Of a DNA stretch of 64,000 nt, positions 14,221 through 26,791 are shown piece by piece (position 1 is the first letter of the stretch; each line of letters starts with the position of its first letter). The stretch covers positions 4,650,001 to 4,714,000 of the forward strand of contig OZ218950.1 in NCBI GenBank assembly GCA_965112735.1, written 5' to 3'. The translations under genes and the position numbers were made by a program. A model generated the notes under the pieces. That model searched no databases. It was not told the origin of the DNA and saw nothing but the letters and a program-made list of their open reading frames with translations. The DNA comes from Phaeosaccion multiseriatum. Its lineage: Eukaryota > Protista > Ochrophyta, other classes.

Positions 14221-16530
14221 ATGTCTTGGGAGGAGCGGATCCCAATCGCCAGAGTAGGCCTTGGCAGCCCTTCTGGAAGCGGAGACCATGAAGGGGAACT
14301 GGAGTTGGCAAATGGACCTCCACACGCAGCGGCAGGGAGGAAGCTTGTTGCAAACTCCATTCTACTGTGCGTGGTCATAAGCTCATGTGTCTTGCTCCTT
14401 CTCCAACGGGTAGGCCATAGTGGATCACATTCATCAGGACCGGAAGCCCAAACAGGAGGTGCGGATACGTCCTTTGCGGCACTCCTCGTGGCGTCTCAAC
14501 CATCCCTGTACTCGCAGCCACTTGATATACCGGATGCTCGTTTCGCAACGTCTCGGAGGGGGTCAGAAGGTAGTGAAGAAGGAGGGGAAGATGGCGCGGG
14601 CAGCATACTGCACACGGAGCTAAGAGTCGAGCCTGTCTTTTGGGAGGTGGGGCCGGTGGCGTTCCACGTTAGGTGAGAGGAATGAAGGGCAAAGAGCCAA
14701 GCACCATGTACTTGACTCGAAGGGACCCGAGCACCACAGATGGGTCAAGGCTTCTGCCAGTCCTCCGATCTCCTTTCACTGCTGTGCGTCTCACACCCTC
14801 CCTCCCTTCTTGCGCCTCATCATCATCAGGGCTTATGAGGGCTCTGTGCCAGGCCCTACGCTGTATATATCACCCGGAAGCAAGCTGGTCATTGACTTGG
14901 TGAACAACTTGGAGCCACAGCCAGGTAGGTAGGTCTTCTCCATAGCCGTGTGCTGCTGTTGTTGTTATTGTTGTTGTTGTTTCATTCATCCCCTCTCAGT
15001 CTTCTTTCTCGCATCAAGGTGGGCGCTACACGCTTACATACCCACCGCACTGCCACTTCCATCTCAATAAAGTCGCCCCGCCCCCACCCCTACCCCACAC
15101 ACCTCGGCCCTTCCTCCTCCACTCTCTCCTCCTTTCTTATCCCTCTCTACCCTCAGAGCCGGACGGCCTGCCCTTCGAGAGCTCCTCCTCCCTCACGGAA
15201 GACACGGAGCTCGTGGGGAAGGATTGGTCAGCCCCTAATGCCACCAACCTGCATGTGAGTGCACCCCTCTCCCCAGACTGGGAGGGGATAAATTTGTGGT
15301 GGATGCTTGCCCGGGGGTTGGCCTCTATGCCTCTAACATCAATTCGATCCCACGATATGCCCATTGACCTCACCACACCATCCACTGCCGTCCCTTTCAG
15401 GTGCACGGCCTTCACGTGAGCCCCTCGGGAATCGCGGACAACATCTATCGCAAGTGCCCCCCGGGGAAGGCCCTGCAGTACAGGTAGGGTAGGGCAGGGT
15501 AGGATAGGGTAGGGTAGAGGTGTATGGGGCCAGGGAGGGCAGGGTAGGGGTGTATGGGCACGGTAGGGCAGAGCAGGGTAGAGGTATATGGGCAAGGCAG
15601 GGCAGGGTAGGGTAGGGTAGGGTAGGGTAGGGCAGAAAATAAGGGTGAGTCACTCCATCTGAGTTACTCTTTATACACATTTATCTGTCTGTGTTAATGT
15701 CTATCTATCTGTCTGTTGCTCCGTCCATCTATCTGCGGCGATGTGTCTGTAGCACACGCTCCTTCTTTCCTTGACGTGTTGGTGCTATACTAACATGTCC
15801 CGTCGCTCACAGATACGACGTCCCACGGAACCACTACTACGGCCAGTTCTATTACCACCCCCACCACGAGGTCAGTAATAGTCAGCTGTACTTCTACCCT
15901 TCTCCTGCCATCCCCTCCTCCTCCTCCTGTCCATCCACTGCCATCATCCTCCCTCCTAAGACGACCCTTATCCTTTGGGCTCCCTCCCTCCTTGCTCCTC
16001 CGTCCTTGTTGCTACTTTGTCCTATGCGTGTGTGCGTGTGTCTTAGGGCTCTAGCACGATTCAGACGATGGGGGGCATGGCAGGGGCCATCCTCGTCAGA
16101 GAGGAGGCAGACTTTCAGGGGGGAGAAGTGCGCCTGGACTTCCATGGGCACCAAATGAGGACCATCGTAAGTCAATGGGAGCGTGTGTTCGACGGTTACA
16201 CATGCCCACCACTTCTCTCTGCGTATGAGCAGTGCTTAACCCTGACTCTATCCCTTCTGACCCTGACCCTTCCTGGCGCTGCTCTCCTCTCCTCTGCTCT
16301 TCCCCTCCCCTCCTCTCCCCTCCCCGGCCATCCTCTCCTCCCCCGTCCCCTCCCCTCCTCTTCTCTTACCTACGCAGGTGCTGGTCCTTCAGGAAATGAA
16401 CGTGCCCAAGTGAGTGTCACGCCCTAGGAAGCCTCCCTCCCTCCCTCCCTCCCTCCCCGCCTCTCTGAGTGATGTGTTGCTTCGGAGGCTGTCTGCTCTC
16501 TGTCTATCTGTCTACCCACCTACCTCTCTG

Positions 16531-16562
<32 letters not shown>

Positions 16563-19500
16563 CTTCCTATTCATGGGGGACGGTTGCGCTCTCACCCAAA
16601 CACCATATCAACCTCCCCCTCTTGGATGCAGGATGACACTGCTCGCTCACAATGGGTGTTGGGGGGGGCCATATGGGCAGGGGTAGGAGAGGTATATGGG
16701 AATATAGGCATCGCAGAACAACACCCTCCCATCACCCACACCCTCTTGTTTTTTGTAAAGAACAACACGACCCGACCACCCTTTTAACAACCAACAACCA
16801 GGTACTCTTACTACGCCTCCACCGCCGCCGTGTCCAGCGGAGGTCTGGGCTGGGGTGGAGCGGACTTTGCCACGGCCGCGAAGGACCTCTCAGCAGCGCA
16901 CTTGCCTCTCGAGTTCTTTGCTGTCAATGGGCAATTCCAGCCCGTGCTGGAGGTCAAGCCGGGGGAGACGGTGGTGTTGGAAGTGCTGAACGCGGGGTCA
17001 GGTGAGTGAGTGAGTGAGTGAGGAGGGAGGGAGTGAGGGGGGAGTGGGTAAGTGAGTGAGTGAGGAGGGAGTGAGAGGGGGGCGAGTGGGTGAACAGAGA
17101 ATGAGTGAGTAGAGAATGGGATAGAGGTAATTGCAAGGTAGCCATTTTTCTCTCCATGTCATCCCCTCCTCCTCCTCCTTCTCCTCCTCCTCCTCCTCCT
17201 CCCCTCCTCCTTCTTCTTCTTATCCTCCTCCTCCTCCTCCTCCTCCTCCTCCCCCTCCTCCTCCTCCTCCTCCTCCTCCTCCCTCACAGCGGCCCATCTA
17301 TGCCTCTTCGTCGACGATGTGGATGATGGTGAGCAGCAGGAGGAGAAGCAGGGGGGACATGAGCAGGAGGAGGACGGGGAGGAGAGGACCTCCTGCGGCT
17401 GCGAAATGCGGACTTTGGCGAGAGATGGGGTGTATCTGGATGCTCCCAGGAAGGTGAGTGAGATAAGAGACAGATAGATAGATACATAGATAGATAATAG
17501 ATGGATAGATAGTAGAAACATAGATACATAGATAGATAGATGGATAGATAGAAATAGACGGAACCCAAGCAAAGAGTGGAGGAAAAGAGTTTGGGGAGAG
17601 AGAGAGACAGTCGTACAGGCATACAGGCAGACAGGTATACAGACATACTGGCATACAGGCATATAGGCATACAGGCGTACAGGCACACAGGCATACAGAC
17701 ACACAGGCAGGCAGGCATACAGCCATACAGGCACACAGGCATACAGGCACATAGGCATACAGACACACAGGCGTACAGGCATACAGGCGTACAGGCATAT
17801 AGGCACACAGGCATACAGGCACACAGGCATACAGGCATGCAGGCATACAGGCATACAGGCATACAGGCATATAGGCATATAGGCATACAGGCACACATAC
17901 AGGCATACAGGCAGGTAGGCATACAGGCATACAGGCATACAGACATACAGGCACACAGGCATACAGGCATACAGACATACAGGTATACAGGCATACAGGC
18001 ATACAGACATACAGGCATACAGGCACACAGGCATACAGGCATACAGGCAGGTAGGCATACAGGCATACAGGCATACAGGCATATAGGCATACAGGCACAC
18101 AGGCACGTAGGCATACAGACACACAGGTATACATGCATACAGGCATATAGGCACACAGGCATACAGGCACACAGGCATACAGGCACACAGGCACACATGC
18201 ATGCAGGTATATAGGCACACATTTTGTCTTTCGCCGCTCGGACTTGTGGGTAAGCACTCTCTCCTTTCTCTGACCCTCTGTTGCTCTGTTGCTCTATTCC
18301 TGTGTTCCATCCCCCCTTTTGGTGCACCCCTCTTCCATGCTTCCGTGTTGTGTATGTACATTGCAGGAGGAAGTGGTAATGGCCCCCGGCTCCCGAGCTG
18401 AAATTGCCATCCGTTGTGGAGGAGGAAAGGGCTGTAGGGGAGGAGGAGGAGGAGGAGGAGGAGCAGAGGAGAGGAGCAAGAGGACGGTCCGAATAGCCTC
18501 CTCCAAGCACCGAGAGGCGCTCGATGCCTTCCTCACCAGCAAAGGGGCGAACAGTGCCTTCTACGAGGTGGGTAGCGTGAGGAGGGGGGCGGGGAGAATG
18601 ACGCAGAACTCGCTTTCAAGTGTGAGAAGGAAGGGTTGAGAAAGGAAGGAAGGAAGGAAGGAAGGAAGGAAGGAAGGGAGGAAGGAAGGCTAGAGGAGCA
18701 AGAGGGCACAGGGTAGAAAGAAGATTTTGGTGAAGTGCGCGCAGCAGGAGGCCTACGAGTGGCCGAGGAAAGGTGCCACTGCATGTAGCGCTTCTGCTCC
18801 CGCTCTCCCTCACTTCCCTCCCCAAACCACCCACCTTTCTTTCCCTCCCTCCCTCCCTCCCGTCCTCTCTATCTCATCCCTCCCCCCCCTCACCCCAATA
18901 CCCAACACCCAATACCCAACACCCGACATGTACCCATCAGGGTACCCTCTTGTTTCTGCAGGTGGAGGGCGACGCAGTGGACACCCCCCTTCCGACTGCC
19001 ACGCCACCGAGAAGCCGGCACGACATTAACAAGGACGTGGGCAAGGACAGCAGGAGCAGCAGTGACAGCAGCAGCGATAGTTGGTCATCCAGCAGCAGTG
19101 GAAAGAATCTCTTGGCGGATCTGAGGAGTCTCTCACCGGTGGAGTACTCCACCTTCATCTTCGAGTTCAATCAGGCAAGGCATGCCAATAGATGATACAG
19201 CACCGTGCGGGCGCCAGAGCAAGGCAGGCAGACAGGCAAGTTGGTACTCAACCCCCCTCCCTCCCGCCCCCCTCCCCCCGACAGGACAAATCCGCCCCGC
19301 GAGAGGTCAACGGCTTGTTGTACTCCACCGCCTACGGTATCAACGGCCAGCCCTACGATGTCTCCACCATACAGCGCACGGTCGCCCTCGGAGCAGCTGA
19401 GGAGTGGCTGGTGGTGAATCAAGTTGTGGGATCGGAGGGCATGACCCTCGGAGGGATGGACAGGACTCCCACCACCTCCACGCACCCTTTCCACCTCCAT

Positions 19501-19959
19501 GTGAATCACTTCCAAATAGTGGGCTTTGAGGCCGGTGCTGGGGGTGGTGGTGGTGGTAGTTCGTCTGGCGGCGAGGAGGAAGGCGGTGATGGCTCCTCCT
19601 CCTCCTCGGCCTCGGCCTTACAGAGTGTGGACTGGCGTGTGGGCGATTGGCGTGACACCATTACTGTACCCGCCCCTGGCAATGTTACCCTTCGTTGGAG
19701 GGCGGATGACTTTACGGGCGTCTCTCTGGCCCACTGCCACATCTTCTCACACGCAGGTAAGGAAATGTGTTCCCTCTGCCAGCCCCAAGAGGCAATTTGA
19801 GTTTCGTTGTCTCCGCCCCGACCCTGCCCACTAGCTCGCTTGCTCCCCTCTCGTCGCTTCCCTCCCTCATTTTGTCAGTGTCCCTCCTCCCTCTCCCCCC
19901 CAACCCCCTTGGCAGACACGGGCATGGCGCTCAACTTTGAAGTGTTCGAAGAGCCGTAA
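14221..19959 (+). CDS. Multicopper oxidase (3-domain) with an N-terminal membrane anchor
   Basis: All four Cu-binding motifs: TNLH|VHGLH, YYHPHHEG, HPFHLHVNHF and HCHIFSHA|DTGM. Also PGPTL and WRDTI. Confidence 0.92.
15484..15633 (+). repeat. G-rich dispersed intronic repeat, copy 1, starting at a 5' splice site
   Basis: About 110 bp align closely with the reverse complement of 31997-32118. Confidence 0.8.
17614..18220. repeat. 8-bp minisatellite (CAGGCATA)n, about 600 bp, in a multicopper oxidase intron
   Basis: Seen directly, with variants CAGGCACA, CAGACATA and TAGGCATA. Confidence 0.95.
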
Positions 19960-20498
19960 GTGAAGTGTTGGAAGTGTCCGAAGAGCCGCAAGAGAGAGCC
20001 GCAGAGAGAGGCGTAGAGAGCCATACCTGAAGGAAGAAAGAAGGGCTGTGTGTGTGGTCAACGTTTGTTTGTTGCTTTGGCTCTTGCCTTGCGCAAGCGG
20101 AGGGGGAGGAGGAGGAGGAGGAGAAGAAGAAGGAATGGGCTGTAATGTAAACAATTTATTCTCTTCATCCATGAAAATAACACAGCACTTGAACATATGA
20201 AGCATAGCGCCGAATTGGCTTGCGTTTAGGGCAGCGCATACCTCTGCGCTCCTACGAATCTCACTTACAACAGTAGCAGTTGGTGATACAGCACCAGCAA
20301 CAGCCACCGCAGCGAATGCCATCTAAGGATGTCCCGCCTCGTCAGGGAGGTGCACCTTCGCACACACACACACCGCTCTGCCTCTACCCCGCGCGAAAGA
20401 AGGCCCATCTATGACCATCCTTTATTCTTTGGAACCCTCTCTCATCCTCCCACCCTCTCTCCCTACACGTTCGTGTCTGACGTTGCTCCTTCCTCCTC

Positions 20499-20860
20499 CT
20501 ACATGTTCCCCTCCTTCTCCTCCTCCTCCTCCCGCTCCTCCTCCCCCCCCTCCTTCCTCTTGTTGCCCTTGCCCCCCTTGAGGAGGGAGCCCCACTTGTG
20601 ATAGGCCTGAGCTTTTGCCGCTCCCAAAGTGTCCAGAACCTTCGCCTTCACCTTCTTCCTCCCCCCCACTGGGCGTGACCTCGCCTCCCCCCTCTCCCCT
20701 CCCCCCCCTTCCCCTCCCTGTCTTCCTCCTCCTCCTGCTGCTGCTCCGCTGTCGGCGATGAGGAAAGGCGACAAAGCTTGTCCGATGGCGGCATGCAGCG
20801 TGTCCTGCTTCTTCTCCGCCCCTCCTCCCCCCCACCCCGCTCCTGCTTCATGCCCATCAC

Positions 20861-20901
<41 letters not shown>

Positions 20902-23360
20902 CCATCACCCCGGTACGGACACACTCCACAGATGCTGATGGTACCTAGCGGGGAGTAGCAACCTCCTCCTCCTCCTCCTCCTCCTCCTCCTCCTCCTCCT
21001 CCTCCTCCTTCTCCCCCTCCTTCTCCCCCGCCCCCACCCCCCTCCCCCCCCGCCAGTGTCTTTGTCCCACCATAGAAGCCACCGCCCACAAAGGCACTTC
21101 CACCGAAGTATTCGTATAAGGGAGCAGAGGTGCCGCTCTGCTCGGAGAGGGAAGACATGACGACTCGGCTTCCCACATTCCCCTCCTCCGGCTCAGTCTC
21201 CGTCCCCATCGCTCCCCCAGGCGGGCTGCTGTTCCAAGCGGCTTCTTCTTCTTGTTCTCCTCCTCCTCCTTCTCCTCCTCCTTCTCCACCCCCTCCACTA
21301 CTAGCACTGCCCTCCGTCCCCTCGAGGGCCGCCCGTCCTTCTTGTCGACGCCTCAACAAGTCAACGCAAGGAGGTGTTGGATTGGCGTGGGACGAAGCAG
21401 ACGAGCCCCCTCCAGCCGAGGAGGAAGCCAAGGACTGAAAAGACGAGGAGGAGGGCAAAGAGGAGGGCAAGCGAAGCAGCATGCCGTCGTCCTTGGCCTT
21501 GGCGAGGAGCTGCTCCATGTTGTGTAGTAGGACGATTTGGTGCTGCTGGGCCCCCAACTGTCGACGCTGGGTGGGCGAGAGCGCGTTGAAGGTGATGGTG
21601 TTGGTCGTCTGAGCGGGATGAGCACTCACAGAAGGCAGCGACGACGTCGACGACGAAGGAAAAGAAGCAGGAGGAGGAGAAAGCCCCCCCCTCCCCTCGG
21701 CGGAGGATGGTGACGGGGGAGCGCCTCTGCTGTAGCTGTGTCCCATTCTCGCCATCCCCATCGTCGTCGCTCCTCCTCGTCCTCCTCGGCGTCGTTCTCG
21801 TCCTCGTCCCTCACTATCCCAGTCGGCCTCCGCGGCATTCGTATCGGCATCGACATCGGCACCGACATTGACATCGACATCAATAGTAGAGGAGAAGAAG
21901 CCCCCCGGCATGCCGCCCGCCGCCGCAGTGGGTGCGTTGAGAAACGGTGACGGCGGCGGCATGTTCTGCATCTGTTGCATATGCTGCTGCATGTGTTGCT
22001 GCATCTTCTCCATACGCCTCATGTGCTGCAAGTGCCCGGCCTCGTCGGCTTGCTCCTCTTGCTCCTCTTGATCATGATCATCATGGTGTAGCACCAACCC
22101 GTCCACGTCGTCGCCAAAGTCGCGGTCGACCTCGAGGGCGGATGGAGAAGGAGAGCGGCGGCGGTTGTTGACCGCCGAGATGTTGTTGAGAGTGTCTTGG
22201 TCTTGGTGTTGGAAGCGTTCGGTCCGCTGCCCCTTGCTGCTGCTGCTGCTGCTGAGCGGCTGCTGCGCTCTTCCCTGTCCAGCATCAACATCACCACCAC
22301 CACCCTCCTCCCCCTCCTCCTCCTCCCCCTTCTCATGCACGCCCCGCCTCACACCAATGTCCTCCACCTCCACGTTGAAGCTTCCGCTGCTGCTGCTGCT
22401 GCTCCATGCTGCATCGCATCCTGCTTGCACTCTTGCCCTTTCTGCCGCTGCAGTATGCTCCTCCTCTCCCGCCCCCCTTCCCGCGCCGTAGTCTGCTGTC
22501 CAGAACGGACTTCCTTTCTCCTCCTCCATTGTTGCTGCATATGGCGACCCTGCCAACCTCCCAACCTCCTCCTCTCCCCCACAGATCACCTCCAAAGAGG
22601 ACTCGTACGCGGCGTCTCCCTCGAATCTGCTATCAGGTGCCCTGAGCCAAACAGTCCCTCCAGAAGGCCCATCGAAATTCTGTTTCAAAAGGAAGTTTAC
22701 TCCCCTGCCTCCCTCACCACCTCCCCACCTGCCCTCCCAAGCCATCCCTCGCACTTGTCGCGCATACCCCACGCTGGCTTCTGCGGATGGCCTGGGCGCT
22801 TCTGCTCCCCCTCCTTCCCCTTCTGTCCGTCCGTGTCCTTCTCCTTCTCCTTCCACTTCCCACTCCTTCTCTTCGCAAGGAAGCGGCGAATGTTCCAGCA
22901 GCACAGTATGGTCCTGTGAGACTGACCCAGAAGTAGCGTCTCCTCGCACCGCCTTGTCGCCTTCTGCCCCTCCCTTGACCCTTCCCGTCTCCCTTGGCGA
23001 GAGAGACCAAGGTGCAGGGGGAGGCGAAGACCTTCCTTCCCTGCCCATGCTCTGCTCATTCGGCGAGAATAAAGGGAAAGGAGAGTTTGAGGCCGGGAAG
23101 GGTGATCCCATCACGGTCTCGGCGGGCGAGGATGGTGCACGGCCGCGGATGTACCATTCATCCTGCCGAGTGCTGCTGCACTGCGGGTGCCTTTGCTCCT
23201 TGTCACACCATGCACCAACCTCAACAGTGAAGCTTGTTGAGTCGCCGGGCTCATCATCTCCCCTACTCTTCCCTGTCAGTAGGGGGGGCTTGTGCGTCTC
23301 GCGCTGCTGCTGCTGCTGCTGCTGCCGCTGCCGCTGGAGGTGGAATTGGGACTGACTCAT
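20499..23360 (-). CDS. Hypothetical 953-aa low-complexity, likely disordered protein
   Basis: Uninterrupted 2.86-kb ORF whose trinucleotide repeats stay in frame. No recognisable domain. Confidence 0.6.
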
Positions 23361-23823
23361 CCTGCGCTATAACGCGGCACACTGGCGTTCTCGCAGTAGC
23401 AGAAATAGTACCATGAGAGAGATCCGATTTGATAGCATCGCAGGAATGCTTTGCCGGAGCAATAGAGAGGGAGACGGTCTGTATTCGATGAAATGATAAA
23501 AAAAAAAAAAAAAATAAAGACCGCCACCCAATGCTCGCCAGTTGGGATTCGGAGCACCAACACACGTGTGTGTGTGTGTGTGAGTGTGTGTGCAGTGCAC
23601 GCAGCAGTCGGCCTCGGCCGGACAGCACTATCAATGACACTGTGCGTCGATTAGGAACTTACTACCTACTCTCCCAATCAAGACTGCTCCCTCCCTTCCT
23701 CCTTTCGTTCCATATACGCGACGCACACACTCACAGCCACAACAATGCTGCACGTCCCCCCCTCCATACGCGCTCTTGCAAGCCCTTCTCTCAGTCAGCA
23801 AAAGTCTTTGCTCCCATCCATCC

Positions 23824-23962
23824 ACCCCACCCATCAGGCACACACTTACGCAATACTTAGGTTGATTCCTACGAGTCAAATTAATATACCCCACCCATCA
23901 GGCACACACTTACGCAATACTTAGGTTGATTCCTACGAGTCAAATTAATATACCCCACCCAT
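23824..23962. repeat. Exact 64-bp tandem duplication
   Basis: ACCCCACCCATCAGG...TTAATAT starts at 23824 and 23888; a partial third copy starts at 23952. Confidence 0.95.
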
Positions 23963-24190
23963 TCTGCGAGCGTTCCTGTCAGTTTCCTTTCAGTCAGCAA
24001 ATGCCCTTTGCTCCATCCATACATCTACGCAGGTAAAGCCGGTGTACCCCTGCCTGTGCGTAGGTCACGCATAGACCACAAACACCACCACACCAAAAAC
24101 AAGTCACGTAGCGCTACTTGCCTACCCCTCCCTCTCCGGCACCAGGCCTCCTTGCTTGAACACACCGCACACCATACACACATCCCTCCG

Positions 24191-24389
24191 TCAGAGCCGG
24201 CCGCTCGACGCGGGCAAAGACACAGGCAGCAGAGACGAGCAGTACTCGGGCTCCTTCGGTAGGAGCATCGCGGGCGCCCTCAACTCCGGCTGTAGATAGT
24301 TCAAGTCTTCCGCCCCGGGGGCGGGTAAGGGCACGGCGCCGCGGGTGGTGCTCTCGTCGTCTACACTCGGTATCTCTCGGTGCTTGAAT

Positions 24390-24429
<40 letters not shown>

Positions 24430-26026
24430 CGTCTTCGTCGCCGCCTTCAAAGAGATCCAGCCCTGTGGCAATCTCCAGCGGAAGGGAGAGGGAGACAGGC
24501 TCGTACATCTGCAGGGGAAGAGGAGGAGGAAGAGGGGATAAGGAGGAGGAGGAGGAGGAGGAGGAGGAGGAGGAGGAGGAGGAGGAGGAGGGGAGGGAGG
24601 AGGAGGAGGAGGAGGAGGAGGAGGAGGAGGAGGAGGAGGAGGAGGAGGAGGAGGAGGAGGAGGAGGAAGAGGAGAAGAGGGTGCGTCAAAAGCTCATCAC
24701 GTGCGCAGCGTGTCCTTTGCGACCACTTCCCTCCGGTCTCGATCTGAGCTGAGCGGTATTCAACTACACTCAACCCCCCCCCCCTCCCTCCCTCCGTCCC
24801 CCTCCCTCCCTCCCTCCCTCCCTGCCCCTCACCTCCCGCATCTTGTGTTTGAAGACCCACGTGAGCAGCATGAGCAGGGAGATGGCCCACACTTGCTCGA
24901 GGCCGTTCTTGAGCAGGAACATGCCCAGCATAGTGCCTTGCGCCGCGAAGAGGATGAACACCACTCGACGGAACACCTATCGGTTGTGGGGGTTTGACGG
25001 CGCATAGGGGTTTAGGGGTATCGGGAATGATGGGGTATAGAGTGCGGGTATGAAGTAAACGGGTAAGTGTTATTGCGGCCTCCTCTGTACCTCCCTCCCC
25101 CCTCTGCCTCTTCTCCTCTCTCCTCTCTGTCCTCCTCTCTGCCGTCCTCTCTGCCGTCCTCTCTGCCGTTCTTCCTCCCTCCTCTCCTCCTCCCCTCCCC
25201 TCCTCTCCTCCTCTCCTCCTCCCCTCCCCTCCCCTCCCCTCCTCTCCTCCTCCCCTCCCCTCCCCTCCCCTCCCCTCCCCTCCTCTCCTCCTCCCCTCCC
25301 CTCCCCTCCCCTCCCCTCCTCTCCTCCCCTCCCCTCCCCGTGTCCACGCCACCTACCCACCCACCCACCATAGGAAAGAAACTCCCTCCCGACTCAAAGG
25401 TGGGCACGTAGCAGTACAGGAGGTTGTGCCTGTACACAACTTGGGCCATGCCGAAGAACAGCAGCCCCACCACCACGATCACGGGTGCGATGCACGCATA
25501 TGTCATCACCAGCAGCAGCACCAGCAGGTCCTAATGGGGAGGGTGTTACGTGGGTCGGGGTGCGTGCGTGCGTGCGTGCGTGCGTGAGTGAGTGCTTTTG
25601 TGTGTGTGTGTGTGTGTGTGTGTGCGTATGTGTGTGAGTGAGTGGACGGGGGAGGCAGTCACCCCGCCCCCGCCCCCACCGCAGCGGCAGAGCAAAAAGA
25701 GTCACAGGGCCACAGAGTGGCACTCCAATAGACACTGGACACCGAACGCTGCACAAGAGAGACTAACCTGGGCGAGAGTCTCTCCATAGTAGAACATTCC
25801 AGGCTCTGAATAGGGAGGAAAGCCGAAAATGCGGTGCCAAATGCCCCTGCAAGTAAAGCAGTGAAGGAGTGAGCGGATCAGGGCCAAAGGGAGAAGGAAG
25901 CACAAAGGAGGGGGGGAGAAAGGACGGGACGGTAAGAGCTTGAGTACTTGAGTACTTGAGTACCATAGGATTGGAAGAGGAGCGAGGGTCGCAACTAGAG
26001 AGGGGTGATGAAAGGAGGATGGTGGT

Positions 26027-26073
<47 letters not shown>

Positions 26074-26752
26074 ACCTGCTGAGGGGGCTGATGAGGAGTT
26101 GAGGGATGCGCACGAGCTCCGTGCCCTTGAGCGCCAAGGCTCGAATGATCATGAAGTTGCAGAAGAAACCGGCCACCTGCCAACAGATCGGTAGACGCAT
26201 ACATATACATCGTTAAGAGAGATAGATGCGTAGTTAGATACGTGGATGAATACACATCCACAGATAGAGGATAGATGGTTGGATATACAGATTTGGGTAC
26301 ATGGATAGATAGATGGGATGGATAGACAGGTACACAGGTAAAATAGGAGAGTGGGCGATGGGAGACCGCACAGAGCGACATACGAGAGGTAGGAGAGGGG
26401 GGGGGGTACAAGGGAATGGCGAGCAGGGAGGAGGGGGAGGGGGGAAGGGGCGGAACTTAACTCACGAAGACCATAAACTACCAAAACTGTACGTGTAGGT
26501 ACGGTAAGCTTATGTATGCCTATCTCATCTCTCGCTATCTCACCTTAGGCAGAGACTCCCCGAGTAAGGTGAATGAGTCTGACGGGTGGTTGAGCACTCT
26601 CTGCACAACGTCAATGACCGAGCCGGCGATGGTGGTCACCAGGGCAACGTTGATGACCAGGAACGTGAAGAAGCGCCCGAGCACGAGTTTCTGTAACGGC
26701 AAGGCGAAACAGCGAAACGGTGGAGTAGGATCAGAGACGTCAGTCGCCACTC

Positions 26753-26791
<39 letters not shown>

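Noticed and set aside
17159-18510. Long Cys-rich ORFs (CLYACMPV)n in three minus-strand frames
   Set aside because: They are translations of the 8-bp intronic minisatellite inside the multicopper oxidase gene, not proteins.
23824-23962. CRISPR-like repeat
   Set aside because: Contiguous identical duplication with no unique spacers and no cas genes, in a eukaryotic context.
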